IMG/VR virus record: IMGVR_UViG_3300047320_000346
DNA: 24,136 bases
Direction: 5' to 3' (one strand)
Origin: an uncultured virus (IMG/VR IMGVR_UViG_3300047320_000346)
Taxonomy: Duplodnaviria > Heunggongvirae > Uroviricota > Caudoviricetes
The notes under the pieces were generated by a model. It searched no databases. It saw only the letters and a list, made by a program, of their open reading frames with translations, and was not told the origin of the DNA. Position numbers and translations under genes: made by a program. Below, in pieces: positions 17,094 to 24,136 of the stretch. Every line of letters starts with the position of its first letter. The first letter of the stretch is position 1.

Positions 17094-17366
17094 ATGACTG
17101 AAAACCAGCCCACCCTCCTCAAAGACATCCTCGGCGACCCGAGCCACCCGGACCACGCCGCAATGAAAGACTTTGCCGCCAAGGTGAACAGCGGAGAAAT
17201 CTCCATGTGCGCGTGCATCGGCCCCGTTTACGGCGAGCCGTACTGCGCCTGCGAGATGACTCGCCGCGGTCTGCCATCGTCGGCCGCGCACGTAGCCGCT
17301 ATCGAAGAGGCGGACAAACAGTTGAAGACACTTTTCGAATCCGGTGCGCTGGCAGGCAAGGCCTAG
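17094..17366 (+). CDS. Hypothetical protein with CxC-x9-CxC motif, 90 aa
   Basis: MCACIGPVYGEPYCACEM; start at 17094 is uncertain. Confidence 0.75.
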   Translation: MTENQPTLLKDILGDPSHPDHAAMKDFAAKVNSGEISMCACIGPVYGEPYCACEMTRRGLPSSAAHVAAIEEADKQLKTLFESGALAGKA

Positions 17367-17390
17367 AGCCCATAAGAGGACAAAGAAAAA

Positions 17391-17861
17391 ATGACCACAG
17401 AGGACATCAAGGCAATTTTCCTGGCTGCCGAGGCCAAACGCCGCGAGGCGGATGCTGCGCGCGACGCACTCTCGGCCGTCATGCTGCAGGCCATGCGCAA
17501 GCTGCTGCCCGCGGGCGCTATCCTCAAACTGGACCAGCGGCCTCTGCCCGAGTATCTGGTTCGTGTGCGCACGATGTCGGGCAACGACCGCGGCACCCGC
17601 ACGTTCCGCGTTGTGAACGTGCTGACGGTGAACGCGGACGCGACCGCGCCCGAGCTGTCGACCTGGATTGTCGAAGCGGTGCCCATCAGCGAGAAGACGG
17701 GCAAAGACATGAGCGGCGCGACGCACGGCGCGAATTCGCGCGGCACCGTCCGCCTGCACGGCGACATCGGCTACCTGGGCTTCGACGAAGAAGTGAGCGT
17801 CTCGCGCGAGCGCCTGGTGAAGATGGTGGCCGACAATCAGGACGCGGGAGCCGCAGCATGA
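17391..17861 (+). CDS. Hypothetical protein, 156 aa
   Basis: AGAGGA upstream; stop overlaps the next ATG (ATGA). Confidence 0.8.
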   Translation: MTTEDIKAIFLAAEAKRREADAARDALSAVMLQAMRKLLPAGAILKLDQRPLPEYLVRVRTMSGNDRGTRTFRVVNVLTVNADATAPELSTWIVEAVPISEKTGKDMSGATHGANSRGTVRLHGDIGYLGFDEEVSVSRERLVKMVADNQDAGAAA

Positions 17862-18667
17862 GCCGCCCGACCCATCTCAACGTGGCCGTGCCGACCGCCG
17901 ACAGCGTGCTGCCCTTCTCACTGCTCCTCGTCTACGACAACGTCGGTGACGACTACGTCATCGAGGCGCCTGCTGAATACACCGAATTTGCGGGGCTCAT
18001 CGACCCGCCATCCGGCGTGCGCGTTCGCAAGGCCAATGGACATGTCTACTTCCGCGCGAAGAGCGTGGACCGACTCAGTTCGGCCATATACAAAACCGTG
18101 ATGGCCGCACAGCGCCATGCGCGCGCTGTCGAAAGTCAACGATTGGGCCGCGGCATATATGTCGCGAGCCGAGCCAGCATCCCAGAGCGCGCGGCGCAAT
18201 GGAAACGCCTGCGCGACGTCGATGGCTGGCACATCGTGTCGACCTGGATTGACGAAGCCGGCGAAGGCGAGACCGATGACTTCAGTGAGCTGTGGGTGCG
18301 CATTGAGACCGAAATCAAGCAGTCTGAGCGACTGATTCTCTATGTCGAAGAGGGCGATTTTCCAATCAAGGGAGCTTTGATTGAAGTGGGCATCGCCCTG
18401 GCTGCCGGGGTACCGATTTATGTCTTCGCACCTGGGGTGACCATCGAGCCGCGCTCGCGCCGCCCCATCGGTTCCTGGATGGACCATCCGCTGGTGACGC
18501 TCGTGACGAGCATGGATGACGCGCTGGCCGGCGCCGAACGTCGTGAAATCTACGACATGCGCGAAATCGTCAAAGCAAAGCTGTCGCAGCACGACCAGAA
18601 CGAAGTGTCAGGCTTCACCGCTTACTTGCGCGCTAAGGCGACCGCGAAGGGAGAAAACCATGCGTAA
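17858..18667 (+). CDS. Nucleoside 2-deoxyribosyltransferase (NDT)-like protein with an extra N-terminal domain, 269 aa
   Basis: Start reassigned to the ATGA overlap at 17858. IYVAS...WID...I..S..LILY.......GALIEVGIALAAGVPIYV matches the NDT flavodoxin-like pattern with the E.G.A catalytic Glu. Confidence 0.75.
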   Translation: MSRPTHLNVAVPTADSVLPFSLLLVYDNVGDDYVIEAPAEYTEFAGLIDPPSGVRVRKANGHVYFRAKSVDRLSSAIYKTVMAAQRHARAVESQRLGRGIYVASRASIPERAAQWKRLRDVDGWHIVSTWIDEAGEGETDDFSELWVRIETEIKQSERLILYVEEGDFPIKGALIEVGIALAAGVPIYVFAPGVTIEPRSRRPIGSWMDHPLVTLVTSMDDALAGAERREIYDMREIVKAKLSQHDQNEVSGFTAYLRAKATAKGENHA

Positions 18668-19202
18668 GCACCGGACAGTTACCCGGGGCCTTGTAGGCGG
18701 CTCGTTCGACCCGCTGACGGACGGCCACACCCATCTCATCGTCGAAGCTGCACGTCTGTTCGATGAGGTGGACATCGTCATTGGCGTGAATCCGTCGAAG
18801 AAGTATCTGTTCAGCGCGGAAGAGCGCGAAGCGCTGGTTCGGGAAGTCGTCGCAACCCTGGCCATCAAAGAGACGCCCATCCACTTCCACTTTCTCAAGG
18901 ACCGCCTGCTGATTCAGCTGGCGACTGACCTTGGCGCTACGCACCTTCTGCGCGGCATTCGCAACGCGACAGACTACGAATACGAGCGGCAGATGGCGCT
19001 CGTGAACCGCAAAATCAATCCGGCCATCCGCACCGTCTATGTCGCGCCGCCGCCCGAGCTCACTGAAGTCAGTTCGTCAACCGTCAAGGGTCTGGTGGGC
19101 TTCGAAGGCTGGGAGGGCATTGTCCGCCGGTACGTACATCCGAAGGTGCTCGACGCGCTCATGCGCAAGCATCTCGAAAAACAATCGACTGCAGGGGTCT
19201 GA
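18660..19202 (+). CDS. coaD: Phosphopantetheine adenylyltransferase
   Basis: GSFDPLTDGH, NPSKKYLFS.EER, RGIR...DYEYE, N, VSSSTVK; ATG at 18660 after GGGAG. Confidence 0.93.
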   Translation: MRKHRTVTRGLVGGSFDPLTDGHTHLIVEAARLFDEVDIVIGVNPSKKYLFSAEEREALVREVVATLAIKETPIHFHFLKDRLLIQLATDLGATHLLRGIRNATDYEYERQMALVNRKINPAIRTVYVAPPPELTEVSSSTVKGLVGFEGWEGIVRRYVHPKVLDALMRKHLEKQSTAGV

Positions 19203-19203
19203 T

Positions 19204-19782
19204 ATGAAAATCGTCGTAACGGGTGGCATCGGCAGCGGCAAATCGACCGTGTGCCAAGCCCTCATCACTCGCCTGCCGGGCTATGAGCTCGTGAGCGCCG
19301 ACGAGATGGTGCATGACCTGTATGCGCAGAACGCCCGGTTCCGGGCGGAGCTGGTCAAGCGTTTCGGTACGGCAGAGCGAAAGGATGTTTCGGCCATCGT
19401 CTTCGCAAACCCGGAGCGTCGCCTCGAACTCATCACGCTGTCGTGGGCGTACCTCGCGCAAGCCGTGGAAACCGTTTTCGAGAAGAACAACGTCATTTTC
19501 GAGTTCCCGCTCTTCTTCGAGCAGCCTCATTGGCTTGACCGGCCGGACGCGGTAGTCGTTGTCGGCTGTGATGCTGCGACACAGCGCGCTCGCGTGATGG
19601 CTCGTGATGGCATCAGCGAGGCACTGTTTGAGGCAATCAAACGCGCACAGCTACCGCTCGAAGAAAAGGTCAAGGAAGCCGACTTCTTCATCGACACAAC
19701 GGACCGATTCATGGTCGAGAGCTATATCTCGAGCGTGGCGACGCGGCTCAAGGCCCGCGCCGAAAGATTGGCTCACGCCTGA
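19204..19782 (+). CDS. coaE: Dephospho-CoA kinase (divergent)
   Basis: TGGIGSGKST P-loop, SAD, FG...R..V...VF, E.PL.FE, Q..R...RD, Q.....K...AD; ATG 1 nt after the coaD stop. Confidence 0.88.
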   Translation: MKIVVTGGIGSGKSTVCQALITRLPGYELVSADEMVHDLYAQNARFRAELVKRFGTAERKDVSAIVFANPERRLELITLSWAYLAQAVETVFEKNNVIFEFPLFFEQPHWLDRPDAVVVVGCDAATQRARVMARDGISEALFEAIKRAQLPLEEKVKEADFFIDTTDRFMVESYISSVATRLKARAERLAHA

Positions 19783-19816
19783 CGTCACCGACAGCATGAG
19801 GGGTATCCATTTGAAC

Positions 19817-19822
19817 CTATAC
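19817..19822 (+). promoter_or_regulatory. CTATAC motif before the Nudix pair
   Basis: Same hexamer, now on the plus strand, 28 nt before ATG at 19851. Confidence 0.5.
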
Positions 19823-19850
19823 GGAACTCACGGACTAAACGACACCCCTC

Positions 19851-20405
19851 ATGAATACGCACGTCATCAAGACCTACACTGCCGAGCCCGCACACCCGAT
19901 TCGCCTGCATGAAAACAGGCATTTTCGGATGATGTTCAATGGCCAATTCCATTACCTGGATGGCCTGCGGTACCCGCGCTCTGTCATCGTTATTCCCCGG
20001 TTCTCGAACGGCGACCTGCTGCTCGTAAAACTGCCCCGGGCGCCAAAAATCGGACTGTCCTGGGAGTTTCCGCGCGGTGGCCTCGAAGGCGCCGAGACCG
20101 CCATTGAAGGCGGCCTGCGCGAGCTTGGCGAAGAGACGGGCTATGCCGACATCGCGCCGGAGCACGCCCGATACGTCGGCCGCCTGGCTCCCGATACAGC
20201 AACCATCAATTCCGTCGCCGACGTCGTGTTGGTCGATATTCCGGACGATGCGGTGCAGGGCGGCTACGACACACGTGAAATCCTCCAGCCGATTCGCGTG
20301 CCCGAGCACGAGTTTCGGCATCACATCCGAAGCGGCGACATTGTCGACGGCCAGACCGTCGGCGCCTACACGCTGCTTCTGCTTGAAACCAAGGTACTAC
20401 ATTGA
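19851..20405 (+). CDS. Nudix hydrolase, ADP-ribose pyrophosphatase-like
   Basis: WEFPR followed by Nudix box GGLEGAETAIEGGLRELGEETGY; C-terminal I.SG.I.DG.T. Confidence 0.88.
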   Translation: MNTHVIKTYTAEPAHPIRLHENRHFRMMFNGQFHYLDGLRYPRSVIVIPRFSNGDLLLVKLPRAPKIGLSWEFPRGGLEGAETAIEGGLRELGEETGYADIAPEHARYVGRLAPDTATINSVADVVLVDIPDDAVQGGYDTREILQPIRVPEHEFRHHIRSGDIVDGQTVGAYTLLLLETKVLH

Positions 20406-20974
20406 CCATTCTTCGAGTTGAAACCGGGCTGATGAGCCCGAAGCAGATGGACGCGGCCTTCCTTTGGCTCTACTGCCTGGACGGCCGACCTTACGAGAAA
20501 TACCTGGCAGCGGGCGCGCAGCGGCGTATGGCGATGGTGCTCGCTATGCTTCGCTGGGATGGCCGTTTCGGAACCGCGGGTGGCAAGGTCGAACCTGGCG
20601 AATCCCTACGCTCGGCACTTGCGCGGGAGAGCTGCGAGGAAGCTGACTTCTGGCTTTCGGCGAGCGATGAGCCTGTCCAGCTCGGCACGGCCATTGATAG
20701 CGACTGGCACATCCACAGCTTCGGCCTGCAGGTCAGCTATGCGGAACTGCTCGAAGCGCGCACAAAAGCAACGCGTGTCGCAAACCAGTCCCCCGAATGC
20801 GCTGGGTGGTGTGTCGTGCCGGCAGGTAGCTATCTGCCCGGAGACAACGGCCCGCGCGGGGTCGAGGCGTTCCGTGCGAATCACTTCGCATCGACAGCTG
20901 GCATCGAATTCGACGCGTTGCTGGCGCATATCGCAAACGAGCTGCAGGCGGAAAGCTCGGCGGAGGCCTCATGA
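20402..20974 (+). CDS. Nudix hydrolase of the NUDT16 (U8 snoRNA decapping enzyme)-like type
   Basis: MLRWDGRFGTAGG followed by GKVEPGESLRSALARESCEEADF. TTG start overlaps the previous stop; ATG at 20432 is an alternative. Confidence 0.8.
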   Translation: MTILRVETGLMSPKQMDAAFLWLYCLDGRPYEKYLAAGAQRRMAMVLAMLRWDGRFGTAGGKVEPGESLRSALARESCEEADFWLSASDEPVQLGTAIDSDWHIHSFGLQVSYAELLEARTKATRVANQSPECAGWCVVPAGSYLPGDNGPRGVEAFRANHFASTAGIEFDALLAHIANELQAESSAEAS

Positions 20975-21774
20975 CATACGTCGATGCACGCGTCGCTCAC
21001 AGCCTCGCGCGTGAGGGACTTCATCAGGCCCGGCAACCGCTTCGGGACATCGCAGCCAAGGCATTGGTGGCGCTTAAGTCGCTCTACCTCCAGCTGCCGC
21101 GGGACAAGTCGCCGCGTTCGCTTCGCCGCAATCTTCCTCGGCATATCGACCGGCTTTCCCGCACACTGGATGCGCACGTCTGGTTGCAGGAACTCAATGG
21201 CGCCCTCTTCCTCCTGTTCCAGCGCACGACCATTGGCGATGATGGTGTCTGCTCCCATCAGTTCGTCATCGACTGCACGAACTGGACGGTGTCTCACAAG
21301 CCCGTGGTGCGAATCAAACCGCACGCGCTCGCGCGCCTGATGCAGCGCCGTGGGACGATGAACTTCGAAGACGTTCGCGTGCCCGTCGCAGAAGCGGTTG
21401 GCCGGGCCATGTCGCTCATGCAGGAGGTCAGCGATGACGGTTGGGTGCAATACGGCATTCCGTCGTCGGGCGGGCTGTTCGTGGGCCAGATGGACGCAGA
21501 GGAGACCCTCGAGCTGTCGACGTGGTTTGTTCCTGGGCTCACCGGGGAAAAGAGTCGATGGGAAGGCTACATGCGCGACCTGGGCGCGCCGGAAGTCGAC
21601 CTGACGGATGACTGCATGAACGACGGCCCGGCAGCCGACCGCTATTTCAAGAGCCTGGCGGAGTGGGCAGAAAGCATAAAGGACCGGGATATGGAATCGC
21701 GCCATCCCTTCCTGCTCAAGCTCCATCACGCGCTCGTAGAGCACGAGACCGCACCATTCCCAATCCTGCATTGA
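20971..21774 (+). CDS. Hypothetical protein, 267 aa
   Basis: GGAGG Shine-Dalgarno, ATGA overlap, terminator directly after the stop. Confidence 0.82.
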   Translation: MTYVDARVAHSLAREGLHQARQPLRDIAAKALVALKSLYLQLPRDKSPRSLRRNLPRHIDRLSRTLDAHVWLQELNGALFLLFQRTTIGDDGVCSHQFVIDCTNWTVSHKPVVRIKPHALARLMQRRGTMNFEDVRVPVAEAVGRAMSLMQEVSDDGWVQYGIPSSGGLFVGQMDAEETLELSTWFVPGLTGEKSRWEGYMRDLGAPEVDLTDDCMNDGPAADRYFKSLAEWAESIKDRDMESRHPFLLKLHHALVEHETAPFPILH

Positions 21775-21804
21775 AAAAAGCCCGTACTGCAAGGTACGGG
21801 CTTT
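21774..21804. terminator. Bidirectional intrinsic terminator between convergent genes
   Basis: AAAAAAGCCCGTAC-tgcaag-GTACGGGCTTT. Confidence 0.88.
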
Positions 21805-21817
21805 GAGTTGGATTGCT

Positions 21818-22138
21818 TCAGTAGCGGGGCGCACGGCCTCGCTTGCCGGCGAATTGCTGATACCAGCCATGCGGCGGCGGATGCGCGCGAGCCGCCCAGT
21901 CCTCGAGCTTGACCTCGTCGATAGCGAGGCGCGGCGCCACAATCGGAATCATGAGCTCAGGGAGCTCGTTTTCCACGAGTCGCACCGCGTCATCCACGTC
22001 TTCCACCATCACGACTTTCGCGCCACTTTCAAGCAGCAAGCGTGCGATGTTGATGCCTAGCCGACTGCATCCACCGACCACCAATACACGCGCGTCGGTG
22101 AGCGCACTCAAGCGCGCATTTTGCCCAGATTCTTCCAT
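21818..22138 (-). CDS. Small protein with an SDR-like Rossmann beta-alpha-beta unit, 106 aa
   Basis: RVLVVGGCSRLGINIARLLLESGAKVVMV; ATG at 22138 has GAGGA upstream and CTATAC 31 nt upstream. Confidence 0.65.
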   Translation of the reverse strand: MEESGQNARLSALTDARVLVVGGCSRLGINIARLLLESGAKVVMVEDVDDAVRLVENELPELMIPIVAPRLAIDEVKLEDWAARAHPPPHGWYQQFAGKRGRAPRY

Positions 22139-22257
22139 CGTTTCCTCACTCAGGTTGGTCACACACCCGGTATAGCCCTTAGCATCACAAACATGATGTG
22201 TAGTAATTTATAATCATATGTGATATGTTTTCACTACACGCCAAGTTAGGAGTCTGC

Positions 22258-23013
22258 ATGTCCCCAACCCAAGACGATGTTCTCGAAAATCAGCTTGTCG
22301 AGCTGGGCAATCGAATCAACGCGCAGCGCCGTCACCTCGGGAAGACCGTAGAAGACGTGTCACTGGGCACGGGCGTAAGTGTTCCAACCATCATTCGCAT
22401 TGAAACTGGAAACGGCGGCGTGGGCTCGAAAAATCTGCTCGCCGTGATGACTCACGTTGGACTGCCGGCCGTCTCGGAAGACTCGCCCATCCTGCGCCAG
22501 GCTGCTCTGCCCGTGCACGCGTTGCACGTGGACAGCGATGTTGTCCAGGCCGCGGTCGAAGAGGCCGCCAAGCTCGCATGTGAGCGTCTCGATGAACTGT
22601 TCCCGAACGCCAAGCCCGAGGCGGAAGGCATCTCGAGTGATTTTCAAGGCCTGCTGGTTAAACACCTTGGCGCGATGTTGCGCGGGCAGCCGCACTATCG
22701 GCTATCCACGATGGTGAATCTTAAACCTCTCGTCTATAGCGACATTGACCTTGGTAGCTGCTTCGCGCTCAATGATGGCGCGAACGGCTATCTGGTGCGC
22801 CTGCTCGACACGCAGAAAGTGCTTGAAGACCGCAAGTTCAGGCTGGCCCATCGGGTCGGCGACATGTACACGAGCTGGGAATACGCGGCAGCCGCTGTGC
22901 GTGATTACATCGAAACTGAAGGTCACCTACCCGGGCCTGTTCGCATCGTTCCCGGCTGGTGGAGTGGTGGCGAGACCGGTGTACGTTTCACGGCGCCAAC
23001 CTCGAATACGTGA
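22258..23013 (+). CDS. XRE-family helix-turn-helix protein with C-terminal domain of unknown function, 251 aa
   Basis: LGNRINAQRRHLGKTVEDVSLGTGVSVPTIIRIETG; AGGAG before ATG at 22258. Confidence 0.85.
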   Translation: MSPTQDDVLENQLVELGNRINAQRRHLGKTVEDVSLGTGVSVPTIIRIETGNGGVGSKNLLAVMTHVGLPAVSEDSPILRQAALPVHALHVDSDVVQAAVEEAAKLACERLDELFPNAKPEAEGISSDFQGLLVKHLGAMLRGQPHYRLSTMVNLKPLVYSDIDLGSCFALNDGANGYLVRLLDTQKVLEDRKFRLAHRVGDMYTSWEYAAAAVRDYIETEGHLPGPVRIVPGWWSGGETGVRFTAPTSNT

Positions 23014-23024
23014 GGAATTCAGTA

Positions 23025-23249
23025 ATGTTTGCGAAAGGTCCTATGCCGGGGGCCACCCCGAAGGAAGACGCGCTTAAGGTGCTGCCCGCAGGCACGCGCT
23101 GCGAGCGGAGGTCTGGAATGGGCAGCACGGGCTATGTCATCACTCTGCCCGACGGCAAGCAGATAGCGTCCGCCGGCAACGCGGGGCAAGCCTGGACAAA
23201 GGCGCTCGACTGGGCATTCAGAAATGTACCGGGGGCTGATACGCAATGA
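23025..23249 (+). CDS. Hypothetical protein, 74 aa
   Basis: GAGGA before ATG at 23025, 11 nt after the HTH gene stop. Confidence 0.7.
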   Translation: MFAKGPMPGATPKEDALKVLPAGTRCERRSGMGSTGYVITLPDGKQIASAGNAGQAWTKALDWAFRNVPGADTQ

Positions 23250-23281
23250 ACGACAGCCCGGGCAGTCAGAGCTTCATCCTG

Positions 23282-24136
23282 TCAATGCAGCCGCCATACG
23301 ACAACCGCAACGACAACAATGAGCACGGCGACTAAACGCCACACTTTTTTCTGTCTCGTCGTTTGTGATGCGTTGCCGTCGGCAACCGAAAGGGGCTTGA
23401 AATTCGCATCTAACGGCTCGTTTGCCTTTTGCACTAGCGCAGCCTCGACGGTCTTCTCCGCCGAAACGATTGGCTGCAGCAGCTTGGCGGCTTCCTGATA
23501 CGCGACGCTTCGCTTGCTGCCACCCGCATGAAGCGCGCCGTCCGGCCCGGTCCACGTCCCGAACCAGATGAAATCGGCGCCATTGTGGTATTGACCGATG
23601 GAATGCACGACGTTCCTGTTGCAGGCCAGCTTCGCTGCAACCTCTTGAATCACGGGCTCAAAGGGACTCTGTATGCGCGCGAGTATGCCGCCACCCATGA
23701 GGTCCCGATAGACACGGAACGCAAACCATGAGCACAGTTCGGATTCGCGGCCCGGCGCCTTCAGTGCCCAGAATAAACGATTGAACAGGCTCTTTTTCCC
23801 AATCATGTCGGGGTAGAACACACCGTACTGCTCTGCGAATTCCTTGAGCGCCGGGCGCGGTGGCCGGTCCCGGTTTGTCTGGATACCGATGAGCTCGCTC
23901 AGGTCCTCCGTTGAAATCGCAGCGGGTACGTCGATTTTCAGGTCCGCTGCGTAGCTCAGTTGAGCAGCAGTCGGGAGCTCGGGCGGCAACAGCTCTATGG
24001 TCTCCGGCTCGAGCGCGTCAGCGTGGGCCAAGCTTCGAGCAACCACATCGGAGCGCGCCTGGTAGGTGCGCGTATTGCGGCGCCCAGTCTCCTGGTTGGT
24101 TCCAACAACTCGATAGCTGTAACTGCGTGCTGCCAT
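23282..24136 (-). CDS. Hypothetical protein with a single C-terminal transmembrane helix
   Basis: Long ORF ending KKVWRLVAVLIVVVAVVVWRLH. ATG is at the window edge, so the start cannot be verified. Confidence 0.75.
   Translation of the reverse strand: MAARSYSYRVVGTNQETGRRNTRTYQARSDVVARSLAHADALEPETIELLPPELPTAAQLSYAADLKIDVPAAISTEDLSELIGIQTNRDRPPRPALKEFAEQYGVFYPDMIGKKSLFNRLFWALKAPGRESELCSWFAFRVYRDLMGGGILARIQSPFEPVIQEVAAKLACNRNVVHSIGQYHNGADFIWFGTWTGPDGALHAGGSKRSVAYQEAAKLLQPIVSAEKTVEAALVQKANEPLDANFKPLSVADGNASQTTRQKKVWRLVAVLIVVVAVVVWRLH

Noticed and set aside
17207..17857. N-terminal 217 aa of the 486 aa ORF
   Set aside because: Arg-rich off-frame overlap of two better genes; the real start is the ATGA overlap at 17858.
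18660..19202. NadR/NMNAT-type NAD salvage enzyme instead of CoaD
   Set aside because: The RGIR...DYEYE, NPSKK...EER and SSS motifs and adjacency to coaE fit CoaD specifically.
23990..24136. Type II secretion GspF/PilC gene
   Set aside because: Only a vague resemblance in the first ~45 aa; the rest lacks the multi-helix membrane architecture.

Overview
GC-rich accessory DNA that looks like part of a proteobacterial (probably Burkholderiales-like) megaplasmid or similar large mobile element; this is inference, since no replication, transfer, integrase or capsid gene is in the window. It has three parts. (1) 1-9555, minus strand: a tandem array of at least five paralogous secreted proteins plus one collapsed remnant. 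Each has a Sec signal peptide, a conserved Y(F/Y)VVVPVP N-terminal strand and Ig-like (He_PIG-type) repeats; the four complete genes have 2-6 repeats and a variable fibrinogen-related C-terminal tip, one of which is a near-canonical ficolin/FIBCD1-like FReD domain. (2) 9695-16546, minus strand: an LprI-domain lipoprotein, a DUF262 / HD-domain / rhomboid operon, and monocistronic hypothetical genes separated by intrinsic terminators. (3) 16673-21774, plus strand: a run containing a nucleoside 2-deoxyribosyltransferase-like protein, adjacent coaD and coaE, an ADP-ribose-pyrophosphatase-like Nudix and a NUDT16-like Nudix. After it come a short Rossmann-fold ORF, an XRE-HTH protein and two hypotheticals. 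A CTATAC hexamer lies 27-50 nt upstream of 13 start codons in the correct orientation, suggesting an element-wide promoter class. The two best candidates for an undescribed system are the variable-tip Ig adhesin array and the NDT-CoaD-CoaE-Nudix-NUDT16 module. All family assignments come from motif recognition by eye; no searches were run.
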